Source: Mizuhopecten yessoensis (Eukaryota). From it: a DNA stretch of 64,000 bases. Made by a program: the position numbers and the translations under genes. Below, piece after piece: positions 12,847 through 27,442 of the stretch (position 1 is the stretch's first letter; each line of letters opens with the position of its first letter). The stretch is taken from contig NW_018404123.1 of assembly GCF_002113885.1 (NCBI RefSeq), positions 153,767 to 217,766 on the forward strand, written 5' to 3'. The notes beneath the pieces are model-generated. The model saw only the letters and a program-made list of their open reading frames with translations, did no database searches and had not been told where the DNA came from.

Positions 12847-14635
12847 ATGGAAGCGACGCCATCCACAAGCACAGCTAGTTCCAAAGGGGTAGGTATACCA
12901 TGTAGTATACCATATGTAAGTGTTCTTGTCTAGATATACTGTCGATAGCTTCAGATGTAACAAGCTGTCCTTTATAATCGTTAAGTAGTACAGGTCCATG
13001 TCTTACAACAACATCAACACTGTTCATCATAGTGACAAATCTGCTTAGGCCACTTTTACTATTCATACGGTAACCGATCTGTCCTTCGCTTTTTGTCAAA
13101 TATAAGTCGTGCCGATAATTTTAAACCTGTTGGCCAATCAAAAGTTTTTTTCTTCCTGGGATGCTTCTATCATAATGTTCAACATACACTTATACCACTA
13201 TGAAATACTTTTAATATCTAGACATTCGAAGGGGGAAACACTTAATTTAAATGTTACTCTGTTGTAGCAAGAAGTCATACGAAGTTAATATTTGTATTGC
13301 ACCATATTACATTTCGTACATGAGGAGTCATTAGTGGAACTGTAGTAAATGTCAAATGAATCGAAATCTAATTTCCGAAACATGTGTAGACGCCTAAAGG
13401 AAAGCGTGACTATGAAATCGCTTATAACGTTACAGATTAACACCATTTTGATACAGCAGATAAATGAGCGTACATACTTTGGTAACCTCCATTCTTCAGT
13501 ACTTACTTAGTACCTCTATACTATCACAAGCATCTGATTTCGGCCTGGACATTTTGTCGGAGTGTTTTGGTGGTATTTTTGGTGGTGAAGTTTCTGGAGG
13601 GGGTCTTTTGATGGGGGTATTATTGGGTGGGAGAATTTCGATGTTAGTATTTAAGTGGGAGAAATTTGATGGGGACTTCGAAGTGGGTGCTTTCGTGTTG
13701 AAAATGAGTTCATTTTGTCCTGGAGAGCTAACGCCGGAGTTTATCTTCTGTTATTTATGCATTGCAACGCTTTCAATGTGTATCAATTATTATCACATCT
13801 ATTACTGTGCATTTGACCAGAAAGCATGTTATTATCTTGGTAACGATGATTCTTTCATATAATTATATATTGCTTTTGTTCCAACCTGCCCTCGGTACAT
13901 GTAGTATGTTACAAGAAGGATATAATAATTATCAACCTGAATTGTATTTAACTATTAGATAAATCATTTTATACTTTACAGTCCGTAGGGAAGAAACGAC
14001 AAGTACTCTACTACATGATGCCCGCCGTTTTTGTTACGCTGTTCTGCTTCTGGCCCACCGGCATCATGGCCATCATGAAAGTCACAGATGTAAGTATACT
14101 CTATTGAATAGGTCATAGGTGACTATTCCAATGAAGAAGTAATTAAATGGCATCACAATATCCTAGTGATATTTCCAGGTGGCCAAACTTCGTATGCATG
14201 CATGTTTTTACAAGACTTCGATCATCAGGCATAGAGCCTAAAGACCTGTGTGCTCAGTTGTTACACATAGCATTTCAATTTAAGAGCAAGTCACAACCAC
14301 GCTTCCTCATAAGTTATTCTTATTGAAAAGAAATAGTTTAAATATTAAGTTAAAAATTGATCTTTTTCAGAAAAAACAATTTCTGCCAAATTTAATTATT
14401 TGTAGATTAATTAGATTGGCGACTCACAGGAGATATGTTATTTCATTTTTTTCAACTAATATCGCGGAGTACTTTTTTGTAGATTGATGACGCTAGGAGG
14501 CGGGGAGACGCAATGTACCTCCAGACGAGTAAGAGTGCCGCTTTAAAGTGGATAGGCATGTCAGTATTGTTTGGAGTGGTAGTTCTCTCCTCTTTGGGCT
14601 CCATCATAGGATGGCAAATATTCCACAAATTGTGA
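12847..14635 (+). CDS. CD225/dispanin (IFITM/PRRT-like) membrane protein, 109 aa, copy A; exons 12847-12915, 13982-14089, 14483-14635
   Basis: GT-AG phase-0 introns. MEATPSTSTASSKGVGIPCSIPY|SVGKKRQVLYYMMPAVFVTLFCFWPTGIMAIMKVTD|IDDARRRGDAMYLQTSKSAALKWIGMSVLFGVVVLSSLGSIIGWQIFHKL*. LFCFWPxGIxAI, GD, and a C-terminal TM helix form the CD225 signature. Confidence 0.88.
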
Positions 14636-15457
14636 GGACCAGAACTGGAAGTGAATAGAGTCTATGTTATCGAATAATGCTTTCGCATGATGCAAAACAG
14701 TCAAATGCCATTTGCTTCTGATTTGGTTATACATTCAGCAGCATTTTATATTTTTAAATATATTCAATTTAAAAAGTACTTGACATTACCCATGTAAGTC
14801 GATCACATTAGCATACCTGGTGTATGTATGTAGGAATGTGATGAATGGTAAATATCAACGACTTATACATCTAGTGTCGAATTAGCTGTAAACAGCAAAC
14901 TGACATTCTTGCAGCGATTTTCTTGGTTCGTCCGTTGCTTTTTTTGCCTGCAACTATTGTAACATGGCTGAGTCTAAATGAAAACTGCGTACAAATCTTA
15001 CGATCTTTGAACACGCTCGATTTTTTTTTTTTATTTCTTGACAATGACGACCGTTTGGTAGCGTTATGAATACTACTTGCAGTCAGATTTTTTTGTTACT
15101 GCAGTGTATTAAATAACCATGTGTTAGGAGGCCAGGAGACAAAATTAATTATTCATCGCTTTCATTTAATACATGTAATGGTAATTGAAGTGGAAAGTTG
15201 ACATTGTTTATTATTCTGTTTTTAGCATCCTACAGTGAAAATCTGACAGAAAAGATATATCGACTCTATAAATTTTCGCTCAGACACGTTATCTCAAATA
15301 ATCTCGTTTTTGGGACAAAACAAAAATACATATTTAGATGGAATCATCTTTATTAGTGGTATTTCTGCTGTCATAAAAATAGGCCGGCAAACTGCATAAT
15401 GGTTCGATTTGTAATTTTCAAAGATATATAAAAGAAATTCTCAAGTTGAACAATTAT

Positions 15458-15770
15458 TTCGTGAGATACTCCATGAGTTACATCGTGAGTTACCTCGTGA
15501 GTAAACCCGTGAGCTACTTCGTGAGTTACATCGTGAGTTACCTTGCAAGTTACCCCGTGAGTTACATCGTGAGTTACGCCATAAGTCACACCGTGAGTTA
15601 TGTTGTAAGTTACACTGTGAGTTGCACCGTGAGTTACACCGTTAGTTACACCGTGAGTTACATCGTGGGTTACACTCTGAGGAATATTGTGAGTTACCCC
15701 GTAAGTTACAACGCGAGTTACATCGTGAGCTACACTGTGAGGTACATTGCGAGTTTCCCCGTGAGTTAAT
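15458..15770. repeat. 12-bp minisatellite (cgtgagttacac), copy A
   Basis: Tandem repetition; explains ORFs 15371-15790 and 15446-15769. Confidence 0.95.
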
Positions 15771-15959
15771 AGTAAGTTAATTTGAAACATATAGAACAGC
15801 GTTGATACTGACCCAACTTTTAGATGTACGTCTAAAGGTAGTATGGCATGACCAATGGAATGTAGATATACATAGACGAAGGTTGATGCTGTACTACACC
15901 CTTATTGAATTCGGATATGTAGTGCTACTCTTCAAGCACTGCATATATGTAACAGACTT

Positions 15960-16195
15960 CATTTATATACCTGATCACCGGCGACCGACCCGATCTAGTT
16001 CTACCACAGCCAATCCCTCCATGAACAAAGTCTTCGACCCTGAAGCAACGAGAGACCGCCTACAACATTCCGTGTGGTTATGTAATTGTTAGTGAAACCA
16101 TCCAAATGGCGAGATCGGGATGCGAACTTAGGACCTCTGAACTCTAGACAGACACTTTACCTTATAAACAGCGTTCGACCCAGTCCAGTTCCGCT
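15960..16195 (-). mobile_element. tRNA-headed SINE-like element (duplicate at about 32630-32860)
   Basis: Minus strand reads agaggtcctaagttcgcatcccgatctcgcca, a tRNA-like B-box/T-arm. Confidence 0.4.
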
Positions 16196-17016
16196 ACATT
16201 TAAATAATCTAACTATATATAATGGTTGTGCTTGCATACGTTTTGCTTCAAGGCACGCGTGAAAATACAAATTATGATGGCATAAATGCAATTTCTACCA
16301 CTTGTTCGCTCTTACAAAAATTTGAGAAAGAGGGGCTTCCTTAAATTTTGAAAATATCAAACGCAGATCAAGTACCCATTTTTCTTTCCATATATGAAAT
16401 ACACATCAAAAAAGAAATGACATAAGAACAATTAGCAAAGAAAATAAAAAATAGCAAGTGAAACTTATCCAGGCTTTTATCGAAACATTGTATTGCACCA
16501 AATGTCCATTTAATCCATTTAGAAATCACAGTGGTGCTAATACAATATAATGTTTTCCGAAACACATCTAGAAATACAGCGAAAGGGGAAAGGTGCATTT
16601 CATACCCCTCTAACTGTAGTATTTCTCAAAAACCATAGTATTTCAGCTCAAGATGTCCACCAGCAGAGCCTACCACCTTTTAACTTTCTTAACAAGAACG
16701 TTTAGAACTACTTGCATCTCATTCTCCAAAACGTGAAAACACCACAAGCTCCTTTCCGTCAACTTATTTTTTACGTTAACTTACTTTCATCCTCCATAAT
16801 TTCGATCTTTACACCCCTGGAATACGTCATAGCAAAATTGAAGGCACGCGGTTAGCTATTTGATTGGTGTCTGATGAAAAAACTTGACCAATCACTAGGC
16901 TGATACTTGTCCTTTGAAGATTGCAGAGGAGCGACGCCCGACTTAACAGCCAGTAACGTTTACCGTTACACCACCGCGGGATTCTTTTGCTGTACATCAA
17001 AGGATCAAACTAGTCC

Positions 17017-17590
17017 ATTTCAATTCAATTCAATTTATTGACTTTAGGCCTTATGGCCCATGAATACATATTACAAATTACACACAATACATAATAAGAA
17101 GGTGAAACAGCAAGACAAAAGTGGAGTAGGATTTAAAGAAATACAGCTCTTATCTTATTTGCTTCAAAATTAAATTTGCCGAGACGGCTTAATTCCTTGT
17201 TGTTATTGACACACAATAACTGTATTAATTGAAACATTGAAGGTTTTTGCCAATAGTATTTTTTGATATATTCACTTCTTAAGTCGTTGTACATATTACA
17301 TATTAATACAAAATGATATTCGTCTTCTACTTCAGTAGTCGACTTACAAATTGCACAATATCTCCTATTCCGCTCGATACCTCTATAACGACCGGTTTCA
17401 ATTGCCAAAGAATGTGCAGACATACGAAGTTTTGTTAAACATATTCTATATTACTTAAGCATATAATTAGTTTAAGAAACTGAATGGAAAAATGTTTACA
17501 ATATGCTTATATAAAAAATGATTTCGAGGAATTCTCTAATAAACCTCTCAAATATTGTTGAGCTCGGTCAAAAATTCTTTGACGTATGAC
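17017..17590 (-). mobile_element. 5'-truncated non-LTR retrotransposon 3' end (RTE-X/CR1-like)
   Basis: ORF 17133-17423 SAHSLAIETGRY...RRYCAIC...EDEYHFVLIC is the C-terminal CCHC region of a LINE ORF2; followed by AATAAA and a (TTGAA)n tail at 17018-17040. Confidence 0.85.
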
Positions 17591-18029
17591 AAGGTCAAAT
17601 GGATTAAGCGTTCGATGGTGATCGGTCTGCCAATATCTGTCTATGACAGTTTATATATATGCTGAAATTAATGTTTTTGTACATGTACATGTATGTGTGT
17701 GTAAATGTGTATGAGTTGTATGAGATGTTTCCTTCATGAGTTACTTCCCCTTAGCCTTGTGTTAATATGAATAATTTTGTGTTAAATGTTTCATTTCTAA
17801 CATGTCTAAAATATTATGTCACATTGTTTATTCCACTTTGGCCATCTGTTATTCTATCCAATTGACTATGCATTCTTGTCAATAAAATTTGATGAAATGA
17901 ACATCATCTACTTATTTTATATTTTTTTCAACTTATCTTTTTTTATAAAGCTGGTATTATATTTAGTAATTAGACATTTTTTGGTTAATCTTGACTTCAT
18001 TAGTAATAGGGCTATAATGAAAACCTTTA

Positions 18030-18358
18030 AAGTACATGCATGTTATCATGTCACAATAGATTGATACAGTTAGCATGTCACAATACATCGGTACAGTTAT
18101 CATGTAACTATAGATAAATACATTTACTATGTCACAATAAATTGGTACATTTATCATGTCACAATAGATGGGTAAATATATAAAGTCACAATAGAGGGGA
18201 ACATGTATCGTGTCAAAATAGATATGTACATTTATTGTGTCACTATAGATAGGTACAGTTATCATGTCACAATAGATCGGTACATTTATCATGTCATAAA
18301 ATTGTAATAGATATGTACATTTATAATGTCACAACAGTCAGGTAAAATTAATATGTCA
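18030..18358. repeat. 27-bp minisatellite, shorter paralogue of 1560-2596
   Basis: Same unit and same unique left flank (ttcattagtaatagggct). Confidence 0.9.
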
Positions 18359-19619
18359 TTAATACAGAAAATATTGGATTAGATATTGTAATCCTCGTGT
18401 TTTGTTTTACTCTTCCTTTTTACTAGCTTATTATCTTTATTGTAGACGCAATAGCAATACCAATTTATAAGATTAAAGTGTTTTGTTTAAATTTAAGGAA
18501 CTAAGGAAATTCTGTAAATTGCGTCATTGAAGCTAGAAGACCTGCAAATATTTAAAAACAAATGTTGTGACATCTATTTCTTGAAATTCATTTTGCTGCT
18601 GTTTTCATTGATGGAAAGTCTGAACTGGAAATGCAGAAACAATGAAAAATCTGTCATCACATACGTATTTATATGTTAATTGTAATTTGAACCATACAAT
18701 AGAAATGACATTATATTATTGTTTACCAACCGATGTAATAGTACTATTTTTAAACCGTGATCCGGGCATGTTTAACTCACCTTATTCAGTAGAAACTAAA
18801 GCATATCACTTCATTATATATTGTTTTATAGTCATAATCACATAAGCCACATACACAATGTTAGGTGTTGGAGAGACAGTTCAATTACAGGCTAGAAGAG
18901 CGTGACCAATCGTATATATAATGACCAGTGCCCAATGTTATGGTTATATAAAACCTAAATGTATTGATATTTCCTTTTAATATAGGAGATACTTCAATAA
19001 CAGGGCGTAACCAAATAAGAAAAAAAATGTAAATATTTAAATTCTTCTCCCTCCGTACGGATGAAGATATAAAACTAGATCTGGTCTGCAACACTGTAGG
19101 CAAAGGAAGCTCCATCTTGTGTAAACGAATGGTGTGCCCTTATGATGCAGGAGGATTCGGTTTAATAAGGAGGAACATACATGTATATCTTTATAAACCT
19201 TTTCATTGGAATCACTACTGAATTGTTCTTACATTTAAAGGTTGTAATGGAACGTGTATTTCTGCTTTGCCGAAATAGTAAGTATGCGAACAGGTGCATG
19301 TGTTGGTATATTTGTGTTGGATTGATCGTTCTGTATAATCCAATATTATACAAATACGATAAAGAAAGACCCTTATCTGGAGTTTATATATTGTCTTTAT
19401 TAGGCAATTTCATGTCTTTATTTTAAATAGACAACGACAATGAGGGTATGAAGCATAATCTTTGAAATTGACAGATACCTATGATCGTGACAAGATATAT
19501 GCCTCGTCAGATTGCAGCATCCGCATAACATAAGCATAACACAGAAATTTCAATAAAATGTATAAGCTGATAGAGTCGAAACAATATGAAAATTAAATAC
19601 ATGACAACATCATGTATAC

Positions 19620-19925
19620 CTTGATACAAATGACAATACTAATTCCAAATTGAATATGATTTATTAGTTAAGAAATATGTTATATCCATTATGTTTACTT
19701 TATACTCAACAATGTAGGTATCGAAGGTGTCGAGACGTTTTATGACCATCTTATCCCTTCACAAGCTACGTCAAGCTATGACAAAGGGAACAGTCGGTAT
19801 TAAAACGTTTCGACATGTTTAATACGAACATTTTTGTGTATAAAGTAAAAAAAAATTGGATAAAACAGATTTCTTAACTAATAAATCATATTCAATTCGG
19901 AATTAGTATTGTTACTTATATCAAG
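19620..19925. mobile_element. Palindromic MITE-like element with ~130-bp imperfect arms
   Basis: aatactaattccaaattgaatatgatttattagttaagaaat pairs with atttcttaactaataaatcatattcaattcggaattagtatt. Confidence 0.75.
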
Positions 19926-22179
19926 TTTGAACTGTATTCTTTGTGATGTTACAAAGACTTCCATCGGTCAATTGGAAAATATAAGGCAGTATACCAAACG
20001 GTTACGTCATGCAATTAGCGACAGTGTTACCACAGATATTCATTAATTGTACGTCTTAAAATATGGAAAATGCGGAGTCAAAGCCTCGAAATATAATCAT
20101 GGTGCTGAAGAACTACGTAAAAAAAGAAAGAACACGTAACGAATATATTACGATAACGTTAAAATACAAGAATAATAATCATCTATAAGCACATGACCAG
20201 AGGAAATTTAGGAGACACCAAAAAAAACGATTTATAGGAACCCCGCAAAAAAACAGCAACAAACCCAGGTGTCGTTTGTCAACAATAGTAATGTGTGTTA
20301 TGGGACCATAACAACATTTGCTAAAGCATTCATTGCTTAAATGTAAGCCTCTCAGAAAAATGAAATTTTAGTACGTAGATCGCTTGTCTTCAACGAGAAA
20401 GAAAGAACAAATCATTTACAAAAGAAGAATAAAACAAATCATTATCAGAGTAAATATGTTTATTTTGATATCCAACCATAATGAGTGTAATGAGATAAAT
20501 GTTACTATAAAGTCGAAGAGTATGTTCCCAGGAGTAGAACTACTTCCTATGTAAATAGATTGTTGGTTTCTCAGCATTCTTGTCAAGAGTATGTTCGCTT
20601 AATGATTTACACTCTTCTTTTAAATCTTAAAAATATTTATTGGTGACAGACAATAGTTCAAACTTTTTTGTCTATTTTTAAACTGTTTCAAAAACCCGAT
20701 GAAAATCAACAACTTTCAGGGACAATATTATTACCATAGGACCGGTAGGAATTTGGACAGTCAAAGCAACGTTTATAGTAAAGTGGTATTGATGGTATGC
20801 TGAATGATTTTATGATAATATTTTCTTTGAAATTTTGATTAAATACTTAAAATTATGGAATTCTTGTTCAAAAGTGCTGTGTTAAGAAAGAATACGTCAA
20901 CGTTAGATATAAAACTTACATTTGAATCATTTCCTTTCACCAGTGATTAAAAAAAAACAATGAAAACATCATTTTTGACACAGAGGTTAGAATCAAGCAA
21001 TTTACTGTTTTTCTTTTCGTTAAATTACTAGTGCGAGCAATCAATGTGCCAACACATTAGGCTACATTCTGCTTTTCAGTATGGAATTTTGCTCTTACAA
21101 TAATTCAAATTTGAAATGATATATCATTAAAATGTTGCAAACATCTTTTCAATATAAAAAAAAAACACACACACAATGTAAAACCAAAACTATTAGTTTT
21201 TTATACCTGATCTAAAAACAACACTACAGGAGAATACCGATGTGTTAACCACACCATAAAACGAACTAAAATCGGAAAGAATGGGGGCAGTGTGAACAAA
21301 GGAATAAAAAGAAACTGACACCCGTCATATGAATCTAAATTGTGCAGGTTAAATTCTAGTCATATTTTCAAAATGAAAACCAGAAAAGAGACAATAAAAC
21401 CACAAGACATATTGAATAAAATGTCGATATTCATCTCACACAAGGAAATAGATATTTTCGAGGGAGATTATGGTACCGACCATACACATTCATCATGTTT
21501 CATCTCTGTCCTCGAACTCACGACCTACGATACCAAAGCGCATAGTCTAGACATATCAGCAGCTCCTACCACTACACAACATCAACTTAAAAAGAAGGTG
21601 TCTATGATACAGTGACGACTAAGCCGAATATCTCGACATAGTCATAGTGACAAATCGTCTAGTAATGATATGAGTACATTGTATCTGGATCGCAATGTAT
21701 ACATATAGACCTGGATACGCATTCAACAAATATCAACTATATAAAAGGGAAATATTAAGACAGATTTCCTTGCAATAGAACAAGGTTGATAGGACCTGTT
21801 TTCCCGGATGGGTACTCTATTACACTTATCATAAGTAATATATAAACAACTTTTGTGCGGTACAATTTAGTATAAAGCGGCATCAGGAGACACTCGGATT
21901 AAGACCAAGTTAAAATGCACAAGAGCATGGTCATACAGCCAATAATACTACATACAAAGATACAAACATGGATGATATTAGATACAACAAAACGTAATAG
22001 ATGTACAAGAAAGCAAAAACAATATAATTAGGTAGTTATGTTCACAGTCAAAATAAAAATCTTAATAGAAACTACTTTCTAGTAGATGAAGCGAACAATT
22101 TCCTGTTAATGTCGCATGTTTATTTCTATTTTTTGGAAAATGTCCTTAAGTTAGAATTATATGTAATGGCCCGTTTTTC

Positions 22180-22938
22180 TTTTGAAGATGTTGGAGATTG
22201 CTTATTGTTTTAAACATGTGCACACTCATTCTGTGCTACCTGTACGGTGTACACGAGTTCGATGTCATACACAAATTGCATGCGGATATGGGAATTCAGC
22301 CATTGGGAGTTTTTAATGCCAATATAAAGAATCCATAAAAACAAATTGATAATGTTTTTTCATGGATGATTCCGCAAACTTCATGAAAAGCTAACATTCC
22401 TCTGCCCTGATGTATGACAAAATGTAGAATATTCTTTTGATGGATTTGATCACTTGGTGCACTCATCTTGCTATACGGTTGCTGTGGACTCAATTGTCAT
22501 CTGATCCGTTAGATGGAGGTCCTCGGCCTCCTCCAGCAGTTTGGCATGGCTATGTCCATAATAGATTTCACCATCAAAAACCTAATGTAAGTATGCTACT
22601 CGTTGATCTCGAGAAGATAATGTAACAAACCACAGATGATCGGGACAGCTTTCCCACCCCAACCTGTGAAGAAGCAGACTGATGGCACTACATCCAGTAG
22701 CACCTTGACGCGATTACCACTAATGACATCCCAATACAGTCCATACAGCTGTTGTAACAAGGTAGCTATGTCTACACATATGCTCATGTAAAAACGTATT
22801 TTTGTTTTGTTGCTATATTTCTTTTCTAAGAATATCCGAATCCTGGAGTTGGAGAGGCCATTTCACAAATGACCAACAGACGGCATTGTAACTTTCACGA
22901 TGGAAGGAATATCAATGTCATTGATGGTTGCGTTGAAT
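22180..22938 (-). pseudogene. Jellyfish-toxin-like pseudogene, copy B
   Basis: Near-identical to 6760-7517 with the same early TGA and TAG; ORF 22596-22787 is its remnant. Confidence 0.85.
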
Positions 22939-23562
22939 CTGAAATCATTAAAATTAAATTGATATAATTCAAACCTAAAGATAAAGTTCACCACTTAATG
23001 AATATATCTGATGGTGGGAACAATAGATACATGTTTGAGTAACATATGTATAGGAAGTCGCTACACAAACCTATGTATGCAATACCTAGCAAACACGCGT
23101 GCACTAATCACGTAAAATGAAATCATTGTTCATATGTTTTACACATACAAAACATAAATATATTGCTACAAACAGCAACGAAAGAGAATGTCTGGGGAAA
23201 TGCATGACAATAATTTGTGCTTTTAGTAAAAAGAGAACGAAAACGTGGTGTTATTTTGTCCTCTGAATTCTATATTACATGAATCTACAGTCCGTTGCTT
23301 GTAGGTGTTGGTTGTGATAGTGTATAGCTTGATTAATGCCTTCGAAATGATGCAATGAACTCGACTTTTAGGAAGGTGCTATGTCAGTTGTTTTATGTCT
23401 CTTTTTCTGAATCTGGTTTGGTTTGGTTTACACTAATTTACAGCAATGGTAATTTGAGGACGTTACAGGTTTTAGTGGTGGAGAAAACAGTAGTGTCTGG
23501 AGAATAACATCCGACCTGCCGCCAGTATCCATCAACTGCCAGGGTAGTGATCGTAGACGGCA

Positions 23563-24260
23563 TAGTCTCGTTCAACCAGACGCTTGATCACTTGTTATTC
23601 AAGAGTCTGGTCAAACACAGTACTTTAGAATTACCATCAACAGAGGGTAGCGTATATACCTTCGTTTCCGGACGCCATTAAAACATTTCAAAGAATAATG
23701 AAATTAATAAAAAAATATACCTGAACAGGCATTCCTGAAGTATCCGTGTATTCACTTTTATCGAGAGCAATGTTAGAAAATGTGTCAAATCTCCAGAATA
23801 ATGTCATATATTTCCAGTGAATAAATTGTAACTGAGCACAAAGTCAACAATGCTGACTGAGGTTGGAAAAAAGCATGCAAAGCAAGTGAGAGTTTACCTA
23901 TACACCATTCAAAACACCACAGGTTCTCACTCAGGTAATCTGGCTTGACTTGTATCAATAGTTTTGTTAGCTTCATGAATTATTGTAAAATATTCAATGA
24001 AAAAACATGAAATCAATCTTGAGATTTGAAGCATTTTCTTACATTTTTCTTAATAATAGTGAAAACACGGCTACTTCAGGATTGCATTTACAGGTAAGTT
24101 TTTTACTGAATTAAAAATTCAATGTAGTTTTGCGCCACTCGAATTCTGACTTCAAAAATTGAAAAGGGTATGTCTTCCCTCGACCAACGAAATCATTTAC
24201 CAGAATTCTGGTAAGCATTATGACTTCACAAAACGATAGCACTGGGTTTGACCAGACTCT
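23563..24260. mobile_element. Right-truncated copy of the AcademH-like element
   Basis: Left TIR and TSD retained; right TIR removed by a deletion that joins to the homologue of about 9097. Confidence 0.65.
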
Positions 24261-26404
24261 CATATCATTTATAAAGAAATGAATCTGCACCCACACTGAC
24301 TTACCTGGGACAATGAACCTCAGATGATTTATATATTTGAAGGCTGGATCTGCAGTGGTTTGAGATCGCGCAGGGAATGACAAGTTCTAAGCATGCGCAC
24401 ACGCTCATACCTATGTGTTATGCAATATGTAGGCGCGGGCACTTCCCTGTTGGAGTGACCTTGCATCACTACTGCAAAACAAAACCAATGCCAGCATTAT
24501 CAGCTTTGTTTATACACTCTTAATGCCACACGTTCTACGCACTTTGTTAGGGCCACTTGTATTTGGTATTCAATTACATTAATATTGTATTGACAAATCG
24601 TAAAATAGACCACATTTAAAAGCTATGATAGCCAAAGGAGGGGTGCCAATTTGGGCCTTCAGGTAGCTATCACCGATAAGTTTCAGTGTTTTTATTCACA
24701 CTTACCTTGGGGTTATGCCATCATGATATGACATGAAATTAAGGTCAGCTTGGAGACCATTCCGAGTAATAAAGGGGCAAAGTGAGGGACCAAACTCACA
24801 AATGGTCTCTTTTGACAAAACTGCCTGTTACGTTTTGAAAGTTTCTTCATGCTCTAACTGTACAGGAATAGTTACAAATGTCTCCGAAACAGTCCATGTA
24901 GTACTAGTATTAGACATGTCTTTGAGGTAGACCTAGAATGGAGCTCGAAGACCGAAACGTAGACATGAAAACGCGGAGATAGATTTGTATTTTGTTTTGA
25001 AAGTAGCGTAAAGGGTTATATTGAGTACACGGACATTTAATATCGTATGGGGACATATTTAAACGATACGTGTATTTCCACAACGCCTGATACTCGTTAA
25101 AGTCTTTGTCAGTTCACTTCAAGTCTTGTACAAATGCCTAATATATATAACAGTAGCAATTATACTTCAATGCCTCAGCTAGGGATTGCACCCGGGACCA
25201 CCGGTCGATTATTCTAAAGCCAAATAAACTGAAGAGAATTTTCTAAACATTTTCCTCATGTTGGTAAATATGGATTATGAAAAGTTCTTTTTAAACAATC
25301 AATTATAAGTTTCTATATGACGTTTAGATGACTAGTACGGATTGTATACTGTCATCTTCATCAGACAAATGACAAGTGAAGCGAATACACACAAAGCTGT
25401 AAAATGTGTACCAGTTGTCCACAAAATCGATGTCGATTCGGCTACGCTGTAAGCTTATGTACAATAGTTGTTATATATGTACCGAAATGATTCGGTTCAG
25501 CTACGCTTTGTTTAATACTTGGTCATAGATGTGCAAGAGTCTATGAGCCCTCTCATCTCGATTTAGAACTGGCCGTATGTGGCGTATTCAGAAGGCTTCC
25601 TGTATGTGCCGCTTGAACAGATTGATCTCTCTGTTCATTATTTTAGAGTTATCCCATACAATTACATGATTTTTTTTCTGTGTTTCATTGTCTGTGATTG
25701 CCGATTTATCTGTCTGTGACTACTGCTTCTTTTCTGATCTGGTCAATTTACTACCTTCTTGGGTTTCCATATCTTTCCGGTATTCACAAAGGCAGACCCC
25801 AAAACGCCTTTCAGTCTCTCCGATATACGATGCGTCGCTGCTTTTGAATTCAATTTTGTATACGCATTCTGCGACGTTTTCTTCAATCAATATTTTTGTG
25901 GCTTACAGTATCACTTTCCTTTTAAAGGTATCCATGTTTCTTGAAGCAGAACAGAAATAATATCAACAAAGAAATATCTCCAAAATAGATATTTTCTAAA
26001 TAAGCTCTAAGGACATATCTATTAGGCGAAACTTGCAGTCATAGTCATTATCAAAACAAACACGCAAGAGTTGGCTTTATCGAAAGGCATTCATGTACAT
26101 ATGGTATACATAGATAACATATGAATAGCAAAGAAGTGTTATGAACAAGTGCGTTTAACGCATGTCTACGTCAATTGAGGCGATATATATTAAAACTCAA
26201 CTTATTTTTCAAGCAAGAAATAGTAAAAAAAAGTTTTGCCAACATAAACTATCTGTCGTTCTCTAGTGTTTTGTCGCAAGCAACGGACAGGAATCCTCAA
26301 TACAGATGAAATGAAAAAGAATTTTGAGATGTTCTCTAATTTTACTTCTTTCAGTGTCCGTCTCTGGCTCCGTGGTAGGTCTGCCTAAAAATGAGAAATG
26401 TCTA

Positions 26405-26770
26405 TTAACAGCTAGGGTCATTTAAGGACGTGCCTCCATGTGTGTTGTGTAAGCGTGCATGTGTGTATGTGTGTCGAGACATGGTATGTTGGTGTACTTG
26501 CCTCCTTGTGATAGCACGGATCTGATGCCGACTTTATTGTGGTATCTCACTGAAATACCAAGCCGAAGGCACCCAGCACAGAATTCCGTCCGGTCACATT
26601 ATACTGACAACGGGTGAACCAGTTGTTGTCATTTCCGTAAATGCTGAACGTTAAGCAGGGAATAACAACTACCATTTTTAAGGGCTTTGGTATGTCCCAG
26701 CCTGGGGACAGAGCCCATTGCCTTCCTCATCTGGACGAACGTTCAGCGTTAAAGCCAAAAGCGAGGTGTT
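26405..26770 (-). mobile_element. Mollusc tRNA-derived SINE (Meta/MESC-type core)
   Basis: Core ccggtcacattatactgacaacgggtgaaccagt and ctaccatttttaag...tttggtatg, recognised from memory as a common mollusc SINE domain. Confidence 0.55.
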
Positions 26771-27071
26771 GCCAAGCAAGGCGCAAGGAAATAAAAGGTA
26801 GTTAGAAATAGAAAGAAATAGAATACAAATCCGAGATATTGCAATGGGTGCAGCAGATTTATTTTGGTCACTTTTATGTCCCTAAATAAAGGGCACAAAA
26901 GCAAATCCCCAATGGATCATATGAAGACGGGTGTTTAGGTAGTCGCCGCCTCAAACAGCAAGTAGTTTGAAAAGAAAGAAGACAGGAAAGAGAAGAAACG
27001 ACAAAAAATCTAACGGGGGAAGCAGTCAATTCTTGTCTCTTCTATATCCCCTTCGTAGAAGATACGGACGA

Positions 27072-27103
<32 letters not shown>

Positions 27104-27442
27104 CTGAAGGGGCACAACTTGTCTGGTTAATGAAACATGTGTGGACTTTCAGTCACCACCTTCCTCATTTTCCAGAGTCACTACATGTAACTTCGTCATC
27201 GTTACTTTCATCATCCTCATTCACAGTATCGTGCAAGTATATATCTACTCATATGTTTAGCAAAGTCATGCCTACTTCTTGGAAATGCATGCTTGTTTAA
27301 CCTCACTGATACGCATTTGCCTTGACCAGGGGGTGTATTTGGCTTGTTATAATTCAGTTAAATGTTAACTTGGTAGTTTACTCGTGTCACATTCAGATTG
27401 TGAGAATTTAGATTTTTAACTGACCCCACTTTAGTGCTCTGG

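Larger units (their letters stand above)
1430..17015. repeat. Segmental duplication, copy A
   Basis: Long colinear identity with copy B (e.g. 5680-6130 vs 21280-21735, 12050-14800 vs 27860-30790). Homology ends at caaactagtc (17015 / 33827). Confidence 0.85.
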
